37,498 nt of DNA from Candidatus Eiseniibacteriota bacterium (lineage in GTDB: Bacteria; Eisenbacteria; RBG-16-71-46; JABDJR01; JAWXBZ01), in assembly GCA_034440375.1 (NCBI GenBank), contig JAWXBZ010000196.1, positions 1 to 37,498 of the forward strand. The letters run 5' to 3'. A program made the position numbers and the translations under genes. Positions 9,070 to 18,169 of this stretch are shown here, one piece after another. The notes below the pieces were generated by a model. It was not told the DNA's origin, made no database searches, and was given only the letters and a program-made list of their open reading frames with translations. Every line of letters starts with the position of its first letter. The first letter of the stretch is position 1.

Positions 9070-10248
9070 TCAGTAGTAGATGCTGTCGAGCAGGATCAGA
9101 TAGCTGTTGCCGCTGGTCGAGTCATACCGGGCCACCGTGACCGGCACGCCCGCCGTTCGACTGAGGTACTCCGCCACCACGCCCGAATCCTTGTAATCCG
9201 CCTTCCCCAGTTCCGAATCGACAAGGAGATCGACCATGGCCCGAGTGGCCACGATGACTTCCGGCGCCGCCCAGGTGGAGAAGTGTCCGCTCATGCCGGC
9301 CTCGGCAATCTTCAAACGGTTCTGCTCACTGATATAGGCAAAGTCGCCGGCCTTTTCCGGAGGAATGGAAATGCCGAGGGCAGTGGGATATCCGTGCGTG
9401 GGGCTGGGGCAGCACTGCTCGGGGAAGTAGGCGCCGGTGGCCAGGATCTGGCGAATCATCGGGTCCATCATCCCGCAGTTGGTGGAGAAAAATGCGGTCT
9501 GGGTGCCGAACTGGGCCACCTCGCGCGGGATGTCTTCGAGCACGAACTGTTGCGTGGCGGGCAGGCCGCCCTCGGCCATCGGGTCGGGCGCGGTGACGAA
9601 ACGGAAATCGATGCCCATTTCGCCGGCGGTCTTCTTCATTTCGTCGCGACGCCGCGCGATGAGCTCCTGGGACATGTGGCGCGGGAACGAATAGTGAATG
9701 AACGTCTTCACGCCCATTGTCCTGGCCTTCTCGATGATCGTCCGACCGCGGGCGACCTGGTCCGGCTGGATCGAGATGTCAGCCGCGGCATTGACGACCT
9801 TCGGATCCTCGTGCGGCTCCATGAAGCCGATCTTGATGTCGGGGCGGGCCTCGCGAATCTTGCGCAGCGCCGCCACCGAACCCGGCACGGCCTGTGAGGC
9901 GACGATCACTTTCACCTCCGGATCGGCCGCGAGGCTGGTCAACTGGGAGATGGTGGTCTCCTGCTCGTTCATGAAATTGTCAGGATAGGTGACATGCTCG
10001 ACGTGCCCCGGATACTTCCGCGAAATCATCTCGGCGGCGCGGAACTCGTCCTCACCCTGGCTGACCGTTCCGGTCATGATGCCGATCTTGAAGGGGATGT
10101 CGACGGTTTCCACTGTGGGACCCGGAGAGACTGCCGGTTTCGGTTCGCCCGCGACCCGGTCTGTTTCGGCGGTTTTTCCGCCGCCGCCACAGCCGGCCAA
10201 TGCCGAAATGAGCAGGAATGTGACGAATCCGAACAGTGATTTCTTCAT
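9070..10248 (-). CDS. DUF3798-family substrate-binding lipoprotein
   Basis: Start reassigned to ATG 10248 (GGAGGAACCG-ATG); lipobox LAGC; motifs GTVSQGEDEFR, TYPDNFMNEQET, FIHYSFPRHMS, FSTNCGM, CCPSPTHGYP as recalled for DUF3798; first gene of the ABC operon. Confidence 0.88.
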   Translation of the reverse strand: MKKSLFGFVTFLLISALAGCGGGGKTAETDRVAGEPKPAVSPGPTVETVDIPFKIGIMTGTVSQGEDEFRAAEMISRKYPGHVEHVTYPDNFMNEQETTISQLTSLAADPEVKVIVASQAVPGSVAALRKIREARPDIKIGFMEPHEDPKVVNAAADISIQPDQVARGRTIIEKARTMGVKTFIHYSFPRHMSQELIARRRDEMKKTAGEMGIDFRFVTAPDPMAEGGLPATQQFVLEDIPREVAQFGTQTAFFSTNCGMMDPMIRQILATGAYFPEQCCPSPTHGYPTALGISIPPEKAGDFAYISEQNRLKIAEAGMSGHFSTWAAPEVIVATRAMVDLLVDSELGKADYKDSGVVAEYLSRTAGVPVTVARYDSTSGNSYLILLDSIYY

Positions 10249-10356
10249 CGGTTCCTCCGGAATATCAACGGCGCCGGACCTGGGGCTCCGGCGCGAGGGG
10301 TCAAATGACACATGGATACGACCAAGGCCCGGCGGCCCCGATCAGATCATGGACGG

Positions 10357-10365
10357 ATCGTATCA
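10357..10365 (-). promoter_or_regulatory. Putative extended -10 promoter (TGATACGAT) for the ABC operon
   Basis: Matches TGnTAnnnT ~110 nt upstream of ATG 10248; same pattern recurs before other genes in the window. Confidence 0.5.
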
Positions 10366-10389
10366 GAAAGCCCCGGAAACAGCATCCGG

Positions 10390-10418
10390 TTGACGCCGAA
10401 GGGCTCTGGCCTCACCTT
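10390..10418 (+). promoter_or_regulatory. Putative sigma70 promoter for the peroxiredoxin-sppA unit
   Basis: TTGACG (10390-10395), 17-bp spacer, CACCTT (10413-10418, weak -10). Confidence 0.35.
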
Positions 10419-10489
10419 CCCCCGGTATCGGATTTCCTGCCGCCCCAACCGTCCACTGGCGCCACACGCCGCTGCGAAGGAGATTGCCC

Positions 10490-10942
10490 ATGCTCAAGAA
10501 AGGCGATATCGCCCCCGACTTCACGCTCAAGGGTAACGACGACAAGGAACACCGCCTGTCCGATCAGAGAGGCCACAAGGTCGTGCTGATTTTCTACCCG
10601 TTCGACTTCAGCTCCTTCTGCGAGAAGCAGCATGCCTGCATGCGGGACGACCTGGCGGCCTTCCGGAATGCGGATGCCCGCGTCTTCGGCATCAGCGTCG
10701 ATCACATTCATGCGCACAAGGCTTTCGCGAAATCACTGGGCCTGGAGTATCCACTCCTGGTCGATTTCCATCCGAAGGGTGCGGTGGCCAGCCAGTACGG
10801 GGTTTACCTGGCCGACAAGGGGTTCAACGGGCGCGTCACCTTTCTGATCGACGCGAACGGCGTCATCACGGACGTTATGAATTACGAGATTCCCTCGGTG
10901 CCCGAAACGGCGCCGCTCCTGTCCGCGCTCGGCTCTCGCTGA
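10490..10942 (+). CDS. Peroxiredoxin (AhpC/TSA; AhpE/BCP-like)
   Basis: GAAGGAG then ATG at 10490; GDIAPDFTL, peroxidatic [10 protein letters not shown] (PxxxS/TxxC), GISVD, RVTFLID. Confidence 0.92.
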   Translation: MLKKGDIAPDFTLKGNDDKEHRLSDQRGHKVVLIFYPFDFSSFCEKQHACMRDDLAAFRNADARVFGISVDHIHAHKAFAKSLGLEYPLLVDFHPKGAVASQYGVYLADKGFNGRVTFLIDANGVITDVMNYEIPSVPETAPLLSALGSR

Positions 10943-10956
10943 CTTCGGCCGTCGCG

Positions 10957-13359
10957 ATGCAACAGATTCGTCGGGTCGTCCTCCTCGGCCTCTTACTGGC
11001 CGGGGGGGGCGCACCGGTCCGGGCCGCCGAGGCCCCGGTGCCGTTGCCGCAACTGATCGGATGGGTGTCGGATGTCGATGACGCCTCGGCGCTCTTCGCC
11101 AATCCGGCCGGTATGGCCATCAGTCGCGGACCGGAGTCCTGGCTCGACCTGAATTTCGAGTCGGGCGATCATGAACAGGGGGTGGGCATCCTGGCCCTGC
11201 CGCCGCTCCGATTCGGTTACGTTCACGACAATCTCGGCGACAATGATTTTGATACGTATGCCATCGGCACGGGATTCGAGGCGGCTCCCTTCGCCTTTGG
11301 CTGGACGATGGCTTTTCATCGCAACGATTCAGGCATAGGAACCAGCGCCACCTCGCATGACCTGGGACTGCTGTTCCGCCCCCGGCGGCGGGTCTCGCTG
11401 GGACTAGTCGCTCGAAACATGAACGACCCGGCCTTCGCCGGTTCGCGCCTGGCACGAGGCTATGCGGCCGGCGTGTCGATCCGGCCACTTGGCGACGATC
11501 CAGAACGACTGACCGCCACCTTTCAGACCGAGTGGCGCACCACCGAGGACGCGGCGCGCTACGTCGTTGCCGGCGAGTACCGGGTGCTGGACGGCCTGCG
11601 GGTGACGGGCCACTGGCGAAGTCATCCGGAAGAGGCGGCCCTGGCGGTGGCGTTTGACCTGCCGGGAAGCACGCTCCGGACGATATCCATGGCTCGACAG
11701 GACACACCGAAACGCCGGACATCAGTGTCGATCCAGACCCACGCCGACGCTTTCCGTCGCGAGTCCTTCCCGGTCATGAAGCGTTTCGCGGAATTGCGCC
11801 TGGATGGTACCTACGCCGACCAGGCCTCCGGCTTCGTTCTCCTGGCCGCCCCGGTCAAAAGCCTGCACCGCGTCCTGCAAAATCTGGAGAAGGCGCGAAG
11901 CGACACGGACGTCTCCGGTGTCATCGTCCGCATCGGCCACCTGGGTGACGCCTTCATCGGCGGTGTGTCGGCCGTCCACCAGGAACTCTTTCGCGGCCTC
12001 CTGGCCGTGCGCGAGTCGGGCAAGCCGGTGGTGGCCTTCCTCGAGGCGGGAGGCGGTCCGGCGGAACTCTACGTGGCCTCCGCCGCCGATCGAATCATCA
12101 TGCCGCGACTGGCCCGCCTGCAGGGAATCGGCGTCAGCGTGGAAATCCTCCGCCTGAAAAGCGCCTTCGCCGATCTGGGCATCGACTGGGATGCCGTTAC
12201 CGCCGGACCCTACAAGTCGACCTTTCACACCTGGTTCACCGATGAAGCGACGCCGGCACAGAAGGCGGAACTCGAGTCGCTGGTGCTGGCCGCCGCGGCG
12301 GAACTCGACTCCACACTGACCGGCGCCCGCCACCTGTCGCCGGACAGCCGAAACCGGCTGTTTTCCGGCGGAATTGTTCGCGCCGACGAGGCGCTCACCC
12401 TTGGGGTCATCGACCGAATCGGCTGGTACGAGGATGCCCGCCGGGTGGCGGCCGAACTGGCGGATTCAGGAACCGATCCGGCCCGCACCCGCCGGCTGGA
12501 TCGACGGCGCTACTGGCGCGAGCGATGGACGCCTCCGCCGGCGGTGGCCATTGTTCTGGCCATGGGTGGCATCGAGAGTGGTGAGAGTCGGGTCAACCGC
12601 CTGACCGGGGGACGAACCATGGGGTCCGACACGGTGGTGCGGGCGCTCCGCTCCGCCGCCGCGGTCTCGGATGTCCGGGCCATCGTCCTTCGTGTCGACT
12701 CCGGCGGGGGATCAGCGCTGGCCTCGGACCAGATCCGGGCCGAGGTGCAGCGAATCAAGGAGAGCACGGGACTTCCCATCATCGTTTCGATGGGTGATGC
12801 GGCGGCTTCGGGGGGATACTGGATCGCCAGCAACGCCGACGCGATCGTGGCCAACCCGCTCACGGTAACGGGCTCGATCGGAGTCGTCGCGATGAAGCCG
12901 GTGTTCGAGCGACTTCTCGAGCGTCGCCACATCAGCCGCGAGGTGTACCAGCGTGGGGCAATGACCGACATGTTCTCGCCCTGGCGCGCCATGACGGCAA
13001 AGGAAAAGGAGGCGCTTGATCGCGATATCCGCACCACCTATGATATTTTCCTGGACGAGGTGGCGGCGGGTCGCAGGATGACGCGGGCACAGGTCGAGGC
13101 GGTGGCGGGAGGGCGTATCTGGTTGGGGCGCGAGGCCCGGGAGCGTGGCCTGGTCGATCGTCTTGGAAGCGTCGAGGATGCCGTGGTCGAGGCCGCCGCA
13201 CGGGCGGGGATCACCGACACCTATCGCACGCTCTACTTCACGGGGCAGAAGGTCAGCTTCCTGACCCGCCTCGCCACCGGTATTGAGTTCATCCGCACCG
13301 CCAGCGGATTGGTCGGCTCGGGCGTGGAAAGTGGCGGCGAGATCGAACTCGCGGATTGA
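10957..13359 (+). CDS. sppA: Signal peptide peptidase SppA (S49, tandem domains) with an N-terminal beta-barrel-like domain
   Basis: Signal peptide; N-terminal ~250 aa with ANPAG motif and amphipathic strands; first S49 domain with AGPYKS (Lys), second with RVDSGGG, AASGGYW (Ser), TGSIGV, GGRIWLG, GLVDRLG. Confidence 0.9.
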   Translation: MQQIRRVVLLGLLLAGGGAPVRAAEAPVPLPQLIGWVSDVDDASALFANPAGMAISRGPESWLDLNFESGDHEQGVGILALPPLRFGYVHDNLGDNDFDTYAIGTGFEAAPFAFGWTMAFHRNDSGIGTSATSHDLGLLFRPRRRVSLGLVARNMNDPAFAGSRLARGYAAGVSIRPLGDDPERLTATFQTEWRTTEDAARYVVAGEYRVLDGLRVTGHWRSHPEEAALAVAFDLPGSTLRTISMARQDTPKRRTSVSIQTHADAFRRESFPVMKRFAELRLDGTYADQASGFVLLAAPVKSLHRVLQNLEKARSDTDVSGVIVRIGHLGDAFIGGVSAVHQELFRGLLAVRESGKPVVAFLEAGGGPAELYVASAADRIIMPRLARLQGIGVSVEILRLKSAFADLGIDWDAVTAGPYKSTFHTWFTDEATPAQKAELESLVLAAAAELDSTLTGARHLSPDSRNRLFSGGIVRADEALTLGVIDRIGWYEDARRVAAELADSGTDPARTRRLDRRRYWRERWTPPPAVAIVLAMGGIESGESRVNRLTGGRTMGSDTVVRALRSAAAVSDVRAIVLRVDSGGGSALASDQIRAEVQRIKESTGLPIIVSMGDAAASGGYWIASNADAIVANPLTVTGSIGVVAMKPVFERLLERRHISREVYQRGAMTDMFSPWRAMTAKEKEALDRDIRTTYDIFLDEVAAGRRMTRAQVEAVAGGRIWLGREARERGLVDRLGSVEDAVVEAAARAGITDTYRTLYFTGQKVSFLTRLATGIEFIRTASGLVGSGVESGGEIELAD

Positions 13360-13366
13360 CCCCGAT

Positions 13367-13570
13367 TTACTTCGGTTCGATACGGGGGGGCGGGCCGTCC
13401 TTGTCGTCGTCTTTCTTGATCTGCTCGTCGATCCCGGATACCCCCTTCTTGAAATCGCGAATCCCCTTGCCCAGCCCCCGGGCGATTTCCGGAATCCGGT
13501 TGGCGCCGAAGAGGAGAAGGACAATGAGGAAGATCAGGATCAGTTCTGTCGGGCCCAGATTCGGGAGCAT
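13367..13570 (-). CDS. tatA: Twin-arginine translocase TatA/E
   Basis: LGPTELILIFLIVLLLFGANRIPEIARGLGKGIRDFKK: TM helix, FG hinge, amphipathic helix. Confidence 0.96.
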   Translation of the reverse strand: MLPNLGPTELILIFLIVLLLFGANRIPEIARGLGKGIRDFKKGVSGIDEQIKKDDDKDGPPPRIEPK

Positions 13571-13645
13571 GTGGTGAGATCCTTGTCGTCGCGTCCGCCC
13601 GGCCGGTTCGAAGTGGAACCTTGGGGCATTCGCCTGTCCATACGG

Positions 13646-13675
13646 ACGGTATCACGGCCCCTTGATGGCCAACAA
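13646..13675 (-). promoter_or_regulatory. Putative extended -10 promoter for tatA
   Basis: TGATACCGT (13654-13646), with TTGTTG 18 bp upstream of the -10 hexamer. Confidence 0.45.
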
Positions 13676-13685
13676 GAGATGTCGG

Positions 13686-14180
13686 CTACTTCTCGTTGAA
13701 CGGCATGGAGTTGCCGGATTCGCGAAACTTCAGGAAATCGGCCAGGACAAGGGCGTGGTCGAAGGCCAGCGGGGTCGGGGGCGCCCCCGGCGGGAAGAAC
13801 GCCGCCTCGATCGCATCGTCACCGGCCACGGGTGCGGCGGCCGGGTCAACCGGTCGCCCCAAGAATACCGTGGTCACGGTATGGTGGCGCGGATCGCGGC
13901 TCGGATCGGAGTAGGTATGAAATTGCCCGGTCAGGGCCACCCGAAGGCCGGTCTCTTCCAGGATTTCGCGGACGGCCGCCGCCCCGAGCGTTTCTCCGAC
14001 ATCGACGAAACCGCCGGGGATGGCCCAGCCGTCGGGAGGATTGCGACGTCGGATCAGGAGAATGCTTCCTGACGGGTCCTCGACCAGGACATCCACCGTC
14101 ACTTTCGGCTGCTTCCACTCGTCGAGCGTCGTGCCGCAGCGGGGGCAAACCAGCCGCTCACCCATGGTGACGATCGGCAC
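13686..14180 (-). CDS. Nudix hydrolase (ADP-ribose pyrophosphatase-like) with N-terminal CxxC
   Basis: Nudix box GGFVDVGETLGAAAVREILEETGL; SDPSRDPR and LAFDH motifs; CPRCG. True start may be the ATG of MGERLVC a few codons downstream. Confidence 0.92.
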   Translation of the reverse strand: MPIVTMGERLVCPRCGTTLDEWKQPKVTVDVLVEDPSGSILLIRRRNPPDGWAIPGGFVDVGETLGAAAVREILEETGLRVALTGQFHTYSDPSRDPRHHTVTTVFLGRPVDPAAAPVAGDDAIEAAFFPPGAPPTPLAFDHALVLADFLKFRESGNSMPFNEK

Positions 14181-14195
14181 GAATCATCCGGGCAC

Positions 14196-14750
14196 TCACC
14201 CGGTCAGAAGGTCGGCCACCGGAAAGAGTGGCGTGAAGGCGATGCCGCGCGCCTCGATGGCTTCCTTGCCCCCCCCGGCCCGATCGACCACGCAAACCAC
14301 CCGCGAGACGCGCGATCCCGCGGCTTCCACGGCATCGATGGCCTGGAGCACCGAGCCGGCCGATGTCACGACATCCTCGACCAGGGCGACGGCACCCGTG
14401 GCGGGAAGAATCCCCTCGATGAGCTGGCCTGTGCCATGGCTCTTGGCTTCCTTGCGGACCAGGAAAACGGGGAGCGGGTGACCCCGTCGAAACGATTCCG
14501 CGGCAATGGCCCCCACGATGGGCGCGGCGCCGAGCACCGGACCACCCACCGCGGCCAGACCGTCCCCGGCCAGGATATCCAGCATGAGATTGGCAATGAG
14601 GAATGCCCCCTCGGGATCCATGCTGATCTTGCGGATGTCGAGGTAATACGAACTGGTGGCGCCGGAGGCCAGGATGAACTGACCACGGCTCAGTGATTTC
14701 TCGATGATGAGCGCCCGAAGGCGCTCCCGGTCGGCAATGACTTTGCTCAT
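14196..14750 (-). CDS. pyrE: Orotate phosphoribosyltransferase
   Basis: GQFILASGATSSYYLD, VRKEAKSHG, PRPP motif LVEDVVTSAGS; start reassigned to ATG 14750 from promoter position. Confidence 0.95.
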   Translation of the reverse strand: MSKVIADRERLRALIIEKSLSRGQFILASGATSSYYLDIRKISMDPEGAFLIANLMLDILAGDGLAAVGGPVLGAAPIVGAIAAESFRRGHPLPVFLVRKEAKSHGTGQLIEGILPATGAVALVEDVVTSAGSVLQAIDAVEAAGSRVSRVVCVVDRAGGGKEAIEARGIAFTPLFPVADLLTG

Positions 14751-14757
14751 GTGCGGG

Positions 14758-14786
14758 ACGTTACGGTGGGCGGCGGGGAGCGTCAA
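14758..14786 (-). promoter_or_regulatory. sigma70 promoter of pyrE (probably leaderless mRNA)
   Basis: TTGACG, 17 bp, TAACGT, 7 nt, then ATG 14750; no SD sequence. Confidence 0.7.
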
Positions 14787-14804
14787 GATCATGGCCGCTC
14801 CGCA

Positions 14805-14813
14805 TGCTATCGT
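14805..14813 (+). promoter_or_regulatory. Extended -10 (TGCTATCGT) for the divergent S8 gene (probably leaderless)
   Basis: TG-C-TATCGT followed by 6 nt and ATG 14820; no SD. Confidence 0.55.
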
Positions 14814-14819
14814 TATGTC

Positions 14820-17753
14820 ATGATGCGAGTATTCTTTGCCTTTTCGATGGTTCTCGGCCTTCTGTTGCGCGCGGCGCCGTCAACGGCCCGAACCGAACCG
14901 TCGCTGATCCTCGAACTCGCGCCGGGCTCCTCTGCCCTCTCCCTCAAGGCTTTGGATTACGGGCAAATCGAACCGCTCTTTTCGGCACATCGCGATCCGC
15001 TTGATCCGCTCTCCCGATTTTATCGCCTGATTCCCGGTGGCGCCTGGACCGCCGGTTCGTCGTCGGCGGCCCTGTCGGTTCAACCGGGTGTCATTTCCGC
15101 TTCACCCGATCGGATATCGCCGCTGGCCGCGTGCCTGCCGAACGATTTCTATTTCGCGCATGACGAGCCTGATTCCGCCCAGTGGCCGCTCCATGCCAAT
15201 CCGCAGGGGCCCGACCTCGGAGCCATCGAGGCCTGGAACGTCACCACCGGCGATCCCGACGTCCTGCTGGCGGTTCTCGACAGTGGCGTCGACTGGCGTC
15301 ATCCGGAGTTCGGCCCACCGCTCTCACCGGCCGGACAGATCTGGGTCAACGCGGCCGAAGCCTCGGGGCAACCCGGCATCGACGACGACGGCAATGGTTA
15401 CGTGGACGACCTCCGCGGCTGGGACTTTGTCGATGTCGCAACCATCCAGGGCGAGATCAACCGGGTGGACCCGGCCGAGGACGGTCTCGTGCCCGACAAC
15501 GATCCGGTCGACTATGACGGTCACGGGACGTTCGTGGCCGGCCTCGCGGGCGCCGCGATGGACGACGGGGTCGGGATGGCCGGCCTCGCGCCCGGTGTCC
15601 GGCTCCTGCCGCTGCGGGTCGGCTGGCGAGAGGACTACATCGATCCCGGCACCGGTCGGCGTGTCAACCAGGGCGTGGTGGCCATGAGTTTCTGCGCGCA
15701 GGCGATCGTGTATGCCGCCGACAACGGCGCCCGTGTCCTCAACTGTTCGTGGCTCTCCGAAGAGACGCCCGAGTTGAAGGCCGCGCTCGACTACGCCATC
15801 CAGGTGAAGGGCGTCCTCGTCGTCGATGCGGCGGGGAATGGTGGACTCTCGACCACCCAGTCGCGCAACTATCTCAGCCGTCGCGGCGATTGTCTTGAGG
15901 TTGCGGCGCTCGACCGTACGGGCCAGCTATCCGGCGTGACCAGCATCGGAACCTGGGTCGATCTGTCGGCGCCGGGCGAAAAGCTTCTCTCGCTGGTACG
16001 AACCGGCGTGTCGCGGTTGTACCGGATCAATGATGCCGGTGCCACATCGTTCGCGGCTCCGTTCGTGTCGGCCACCGCCGCGCTGGTCCGTTCGGTGGCG
16101 CCGTTGATGACCCCGGCCGAGGTGCGGACGCATCTCATGGCAACGGCCCTGAACATTGATCACATCGGTCTGAACGGAAACCAGCTCTACCGGGGCAAGC
16201 TCGGAGCCGGAATGGTCAGTCCGGTCCGCGCCCTCCTGGCACTGGTGCCGGCGGTACGGGAGTCGATCGCGGCGCCTCTTGGCCCTGTGCCGCTGGTTCT
16301 TGCCGGGGCGGGGTTCGTCGCCGTCGATGTCCAGCGGCATCTGCTTGCCTGGGGCGATGGAACGGAATCCCGGACGCGACTGCCGCTCGATGGCGAGATT
16401 CGGGGCGTGGCCAGCGTCATGAACGGCTCATCCCGAATCGATGTGGTGACGCTTCGGGATGGTCACGTCGCCGTGCTCAAGGATGGTGCGTTCGCGCCCG
16501 GCTGGCCACGTCCTACCGGCGGCCTTCTGCTGGGCAATCCGATGATCGTGGAACTCGGCGGCGGAGCGGAGCCCGAAATCGTCGTGGCCGGTACCGACAG
16601 TCTTCTTTATGCCTGGTCGCTCGACGGCACCAGCCGTCCCGGTTTTCCGGTGCGGTTGCCCGATGCCGTATTGACCGCACCAGCCGCGGGCGATGTCATC
16701 CCTGGTGGCGCGATCGAAATCGTGGTCGTCACCGCCGATGATCGCGTGTCGATCGTGACCGCGGGTGGCGTGCGTACCGACTGGTCGAGTGCGAACCTGA
16801 CGCCGCTTTCGGCCGCCCGCTACGCCGCGCCGGCCCTGGCCGATGTGACCGGCGATGGCCGTCTCGATGTCGTGCTGACCGGGTCGGATCGCATCGGCGT
16901 TCTGCCGAATCCGGCGGGGGCGCAGGCGAGTGTGCTCTGGGTGTCGTTCCTGGGAGCGGACCCCATGGTGGGGGAAATTGCGGTCGCTGATTTTCAAGGC
17001 AACGGGCACTTCAGTGTGGTGACGACTCACGAGTCCGGAGGGGTGCTCTTGAGAGGCTTTGTCGCTCCCCCAGGAATCGTGGCCAACATCGAAGTTGAGG
17101 CATCCGGAACGCCGGCCACCGGAGCCATCCTCCTGGCCACTGACGACTCGAGCGAACCCGGAATCGTGATCGTAACCACGAACGGCTGCATCGAGGCCTT
17201 CCGATCGACCGGCGAGCGTGTGCCCGGCTGGCCGAAGCGCCTGTCGGCGGACGCCACCGGACGCGTGGCCGCCGGCCCCGACCTGGCGTCCAATACGATC
17301 GGCCTCGTCGTCGAAACGGCCGGTGGCGAGCTGCGCCGCTTCACGATCCCGAGCACCGATCCGATCGGCGACTCACCCTGGGGCATGGCCGGCGGCAATG
17401 CGCAGCGGACGAGGAGCCTGGCACCCACGCTTCCCACCGCGCCGGTCGATCCGGAAATTCCAGATGGAGGCCAGCGGCCGATCCAGTTTTCGGCCTCGCG
17501 CAACCCGGCCAGCGCCGGAACGCCCGTGGCTTTCCTGTTATCCGGGGGTTCCTTGACCGACCTTGTCATCCACGACATCCAGGGTCGCGCCGTTCGCCGG
17601 ATGCGTGTCGCCCCCAACGACAATCGCTCCGGCCTCCACTGGTGGGATGGTCGGAGCGATGACGGCCGGATTGTCAGTGCCGGGTTGTACCTCGCGCGGG
17701 CCCGGCTCGCCGACGGGGCCGTGCGAACGGCTCGCCTCGTCGTGGTCCGGTGA
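14820..17753 (+). CDS. Secreted S8 serine peptidase with FG-GAP-like repeats and C-terminal T9SS-A/FlgD-Ig-like domain
   Basis: Signal peptide from MMRVFFAF; AVLDSGVD (Asp), DDDGNGYVDD insert, GHGTFVAG (His), AAGN, ATSFAAP (Ser); repeats such as ADVTGDGRLDVV and PGWP; CTD RNP...HDIQGRAVR...WDGRSDDG...GLYL...RLVVVR. Confidence 0.9.
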   Translation: MMRVFFAFSMVLGLLLRAAPSTARTEPSLILELAPGSSALSLKALDYGQIEPLFSAHRDPLDPLSRFYRLIPGGAWTAGSSSAALSVQPGVISASPDRISPLAACLPNDFYFAHDEPDSAQWPLHANPQGPDLGAIEAWNVTTGDPDVLLAVLDSGVDWRHPEFGPPLSPAGQIWVNAAEASGQPGIDDDGNGYVDDLRGWDFVDVATIQGEINRVDPAEDGLVPDNDPVDYDGHGTFVAGLAGAAMDDGVGMAGLAPGVRLLPLRVGWREDYIDPGTGRRVNQGVVAMSFCAQAIVYAADNGARVLNCSWLSEETPELKAALDYAIQVKGVLVVDAAGNGGLSTTQSRNYLSRRGDCLEVAALDRTGQLSGVTSIGTWVDLSAPGEKLLSLVRTGVSRLYRINDAGATSFAAPFVSATAALVRSVAPLMTPAEVRTHLMATALNIDHIGLNGNQLYRGKLGAGMVSPVRALLALVPAVRESIAAPLGPVPLVLAGAGFVAVDVQRHLLAWGDGTESRTRLPLDGEIRGVASVMNGSSRIDVVTLRDGHVAVLKDGAFAPGWPRPTGGLLLGNPMIVELGGGAEPEIVVAGTDSLLYAWSLDGTSRPGFPVRLPDAVLTAPAAGDVIPGGAIEIVVVTADDRVSIVTAGGVRTDWSSANLTPLSAARYAAPALADVTGDGRLDVVLTGSDRIGVLPNPAGAQASVLWVSFLGADPMVGEIAVADFQGNGHFSVVTTHESGGVLLRGFVAPPGIVANIEVEASGTPATGAILLATDDSSEPGIVIVTTNGCIEAFRSTGERVPGWPKRLSADATGRVAAGPDLASNTIGLVVETAGGELRRFTIPSTDPIGDSPWGMAGGNAQRTRSLAPTLPTAPVDPEIPDGGQRPIQFSASRNPASAGTPVAFLLSGGSLTDLVIHDIQGRAVRRMRVAPNDNRSGLHWWDGRSDDGRIVSAGLYLARARLADGAVRTARLVVVR

Positions 17754-17761
17754 GCTTAAGT

Positions 17762-18169
17762 CTAGCCGCGCAGTTCGACCATGTTGTCCGGTTCGGGTGT
17801 CGGCGGGGCTGCGTACTCGACGGCCATGATCCGCGACGGGGCACTCTCGTTGCCGGAGCGATCGATGGCGGTGATTCGAAACGGCGTCGGGCCGGCCAGC
17901 GACGATTCAAACGACACGCCCCGGCTTCCGGCCGGAGCAAAACCGATCGGATCGGTCACTCCCACTTCATAGATCTGATAACCGGCGAGATCGCTCTCCA
18001 CGTTCGGGGACCAGTTCAGGACGACAAGGCCTTCCGTTTTGGAGTATCCCGACAGGAGTTCCGGCGCGAGTGGCGGTGCCGTATCAGGGATCGAGGCGGT
18101 CTCGGTGCCGCACCCGATCAGGGCCGTGACGGCCAGGGCCAGGAAGCCGGTGGTATGGAAACGGGTCAT
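17762..18169 (-). CDS. Small lipoprotein with a fibronectin type III-like domain
   Basis: AGGAGG then ATG at 18169; lipobox LIGC; DTAPPLAP...LNWSPNVESDLAGYQIYE...ITAIDRSGNESAPS FN3 pattern; 135 aa. Confidence 0.85.
   Translation of the reverse strand: MTRFHTTGFLALAVTALIGCGTETASIPDTAPPLAPELLSGYSKTEGLVVLNWSPNVESDLAGYQIYEVGVTDPIGFAPAGSRGVSFESSLAGPTPFRITAIDRSGNESAPSRIMAVEYAAPPTPEPDNMVELRG

Noticed and set aside
10490-10942. Selenocysteine recoding in the peroxiredoxin
   Set aside because: The peroxidatic residue is TGC (Cys); no in-frame TGA.
13359-17762. Intrinsic terminators at the convergent junctions sppA/tatA and S8/FN3 lipoprotein
   Set aside because: Gaps are only 7-8 bp and no hairpin plus U-tract is visible.
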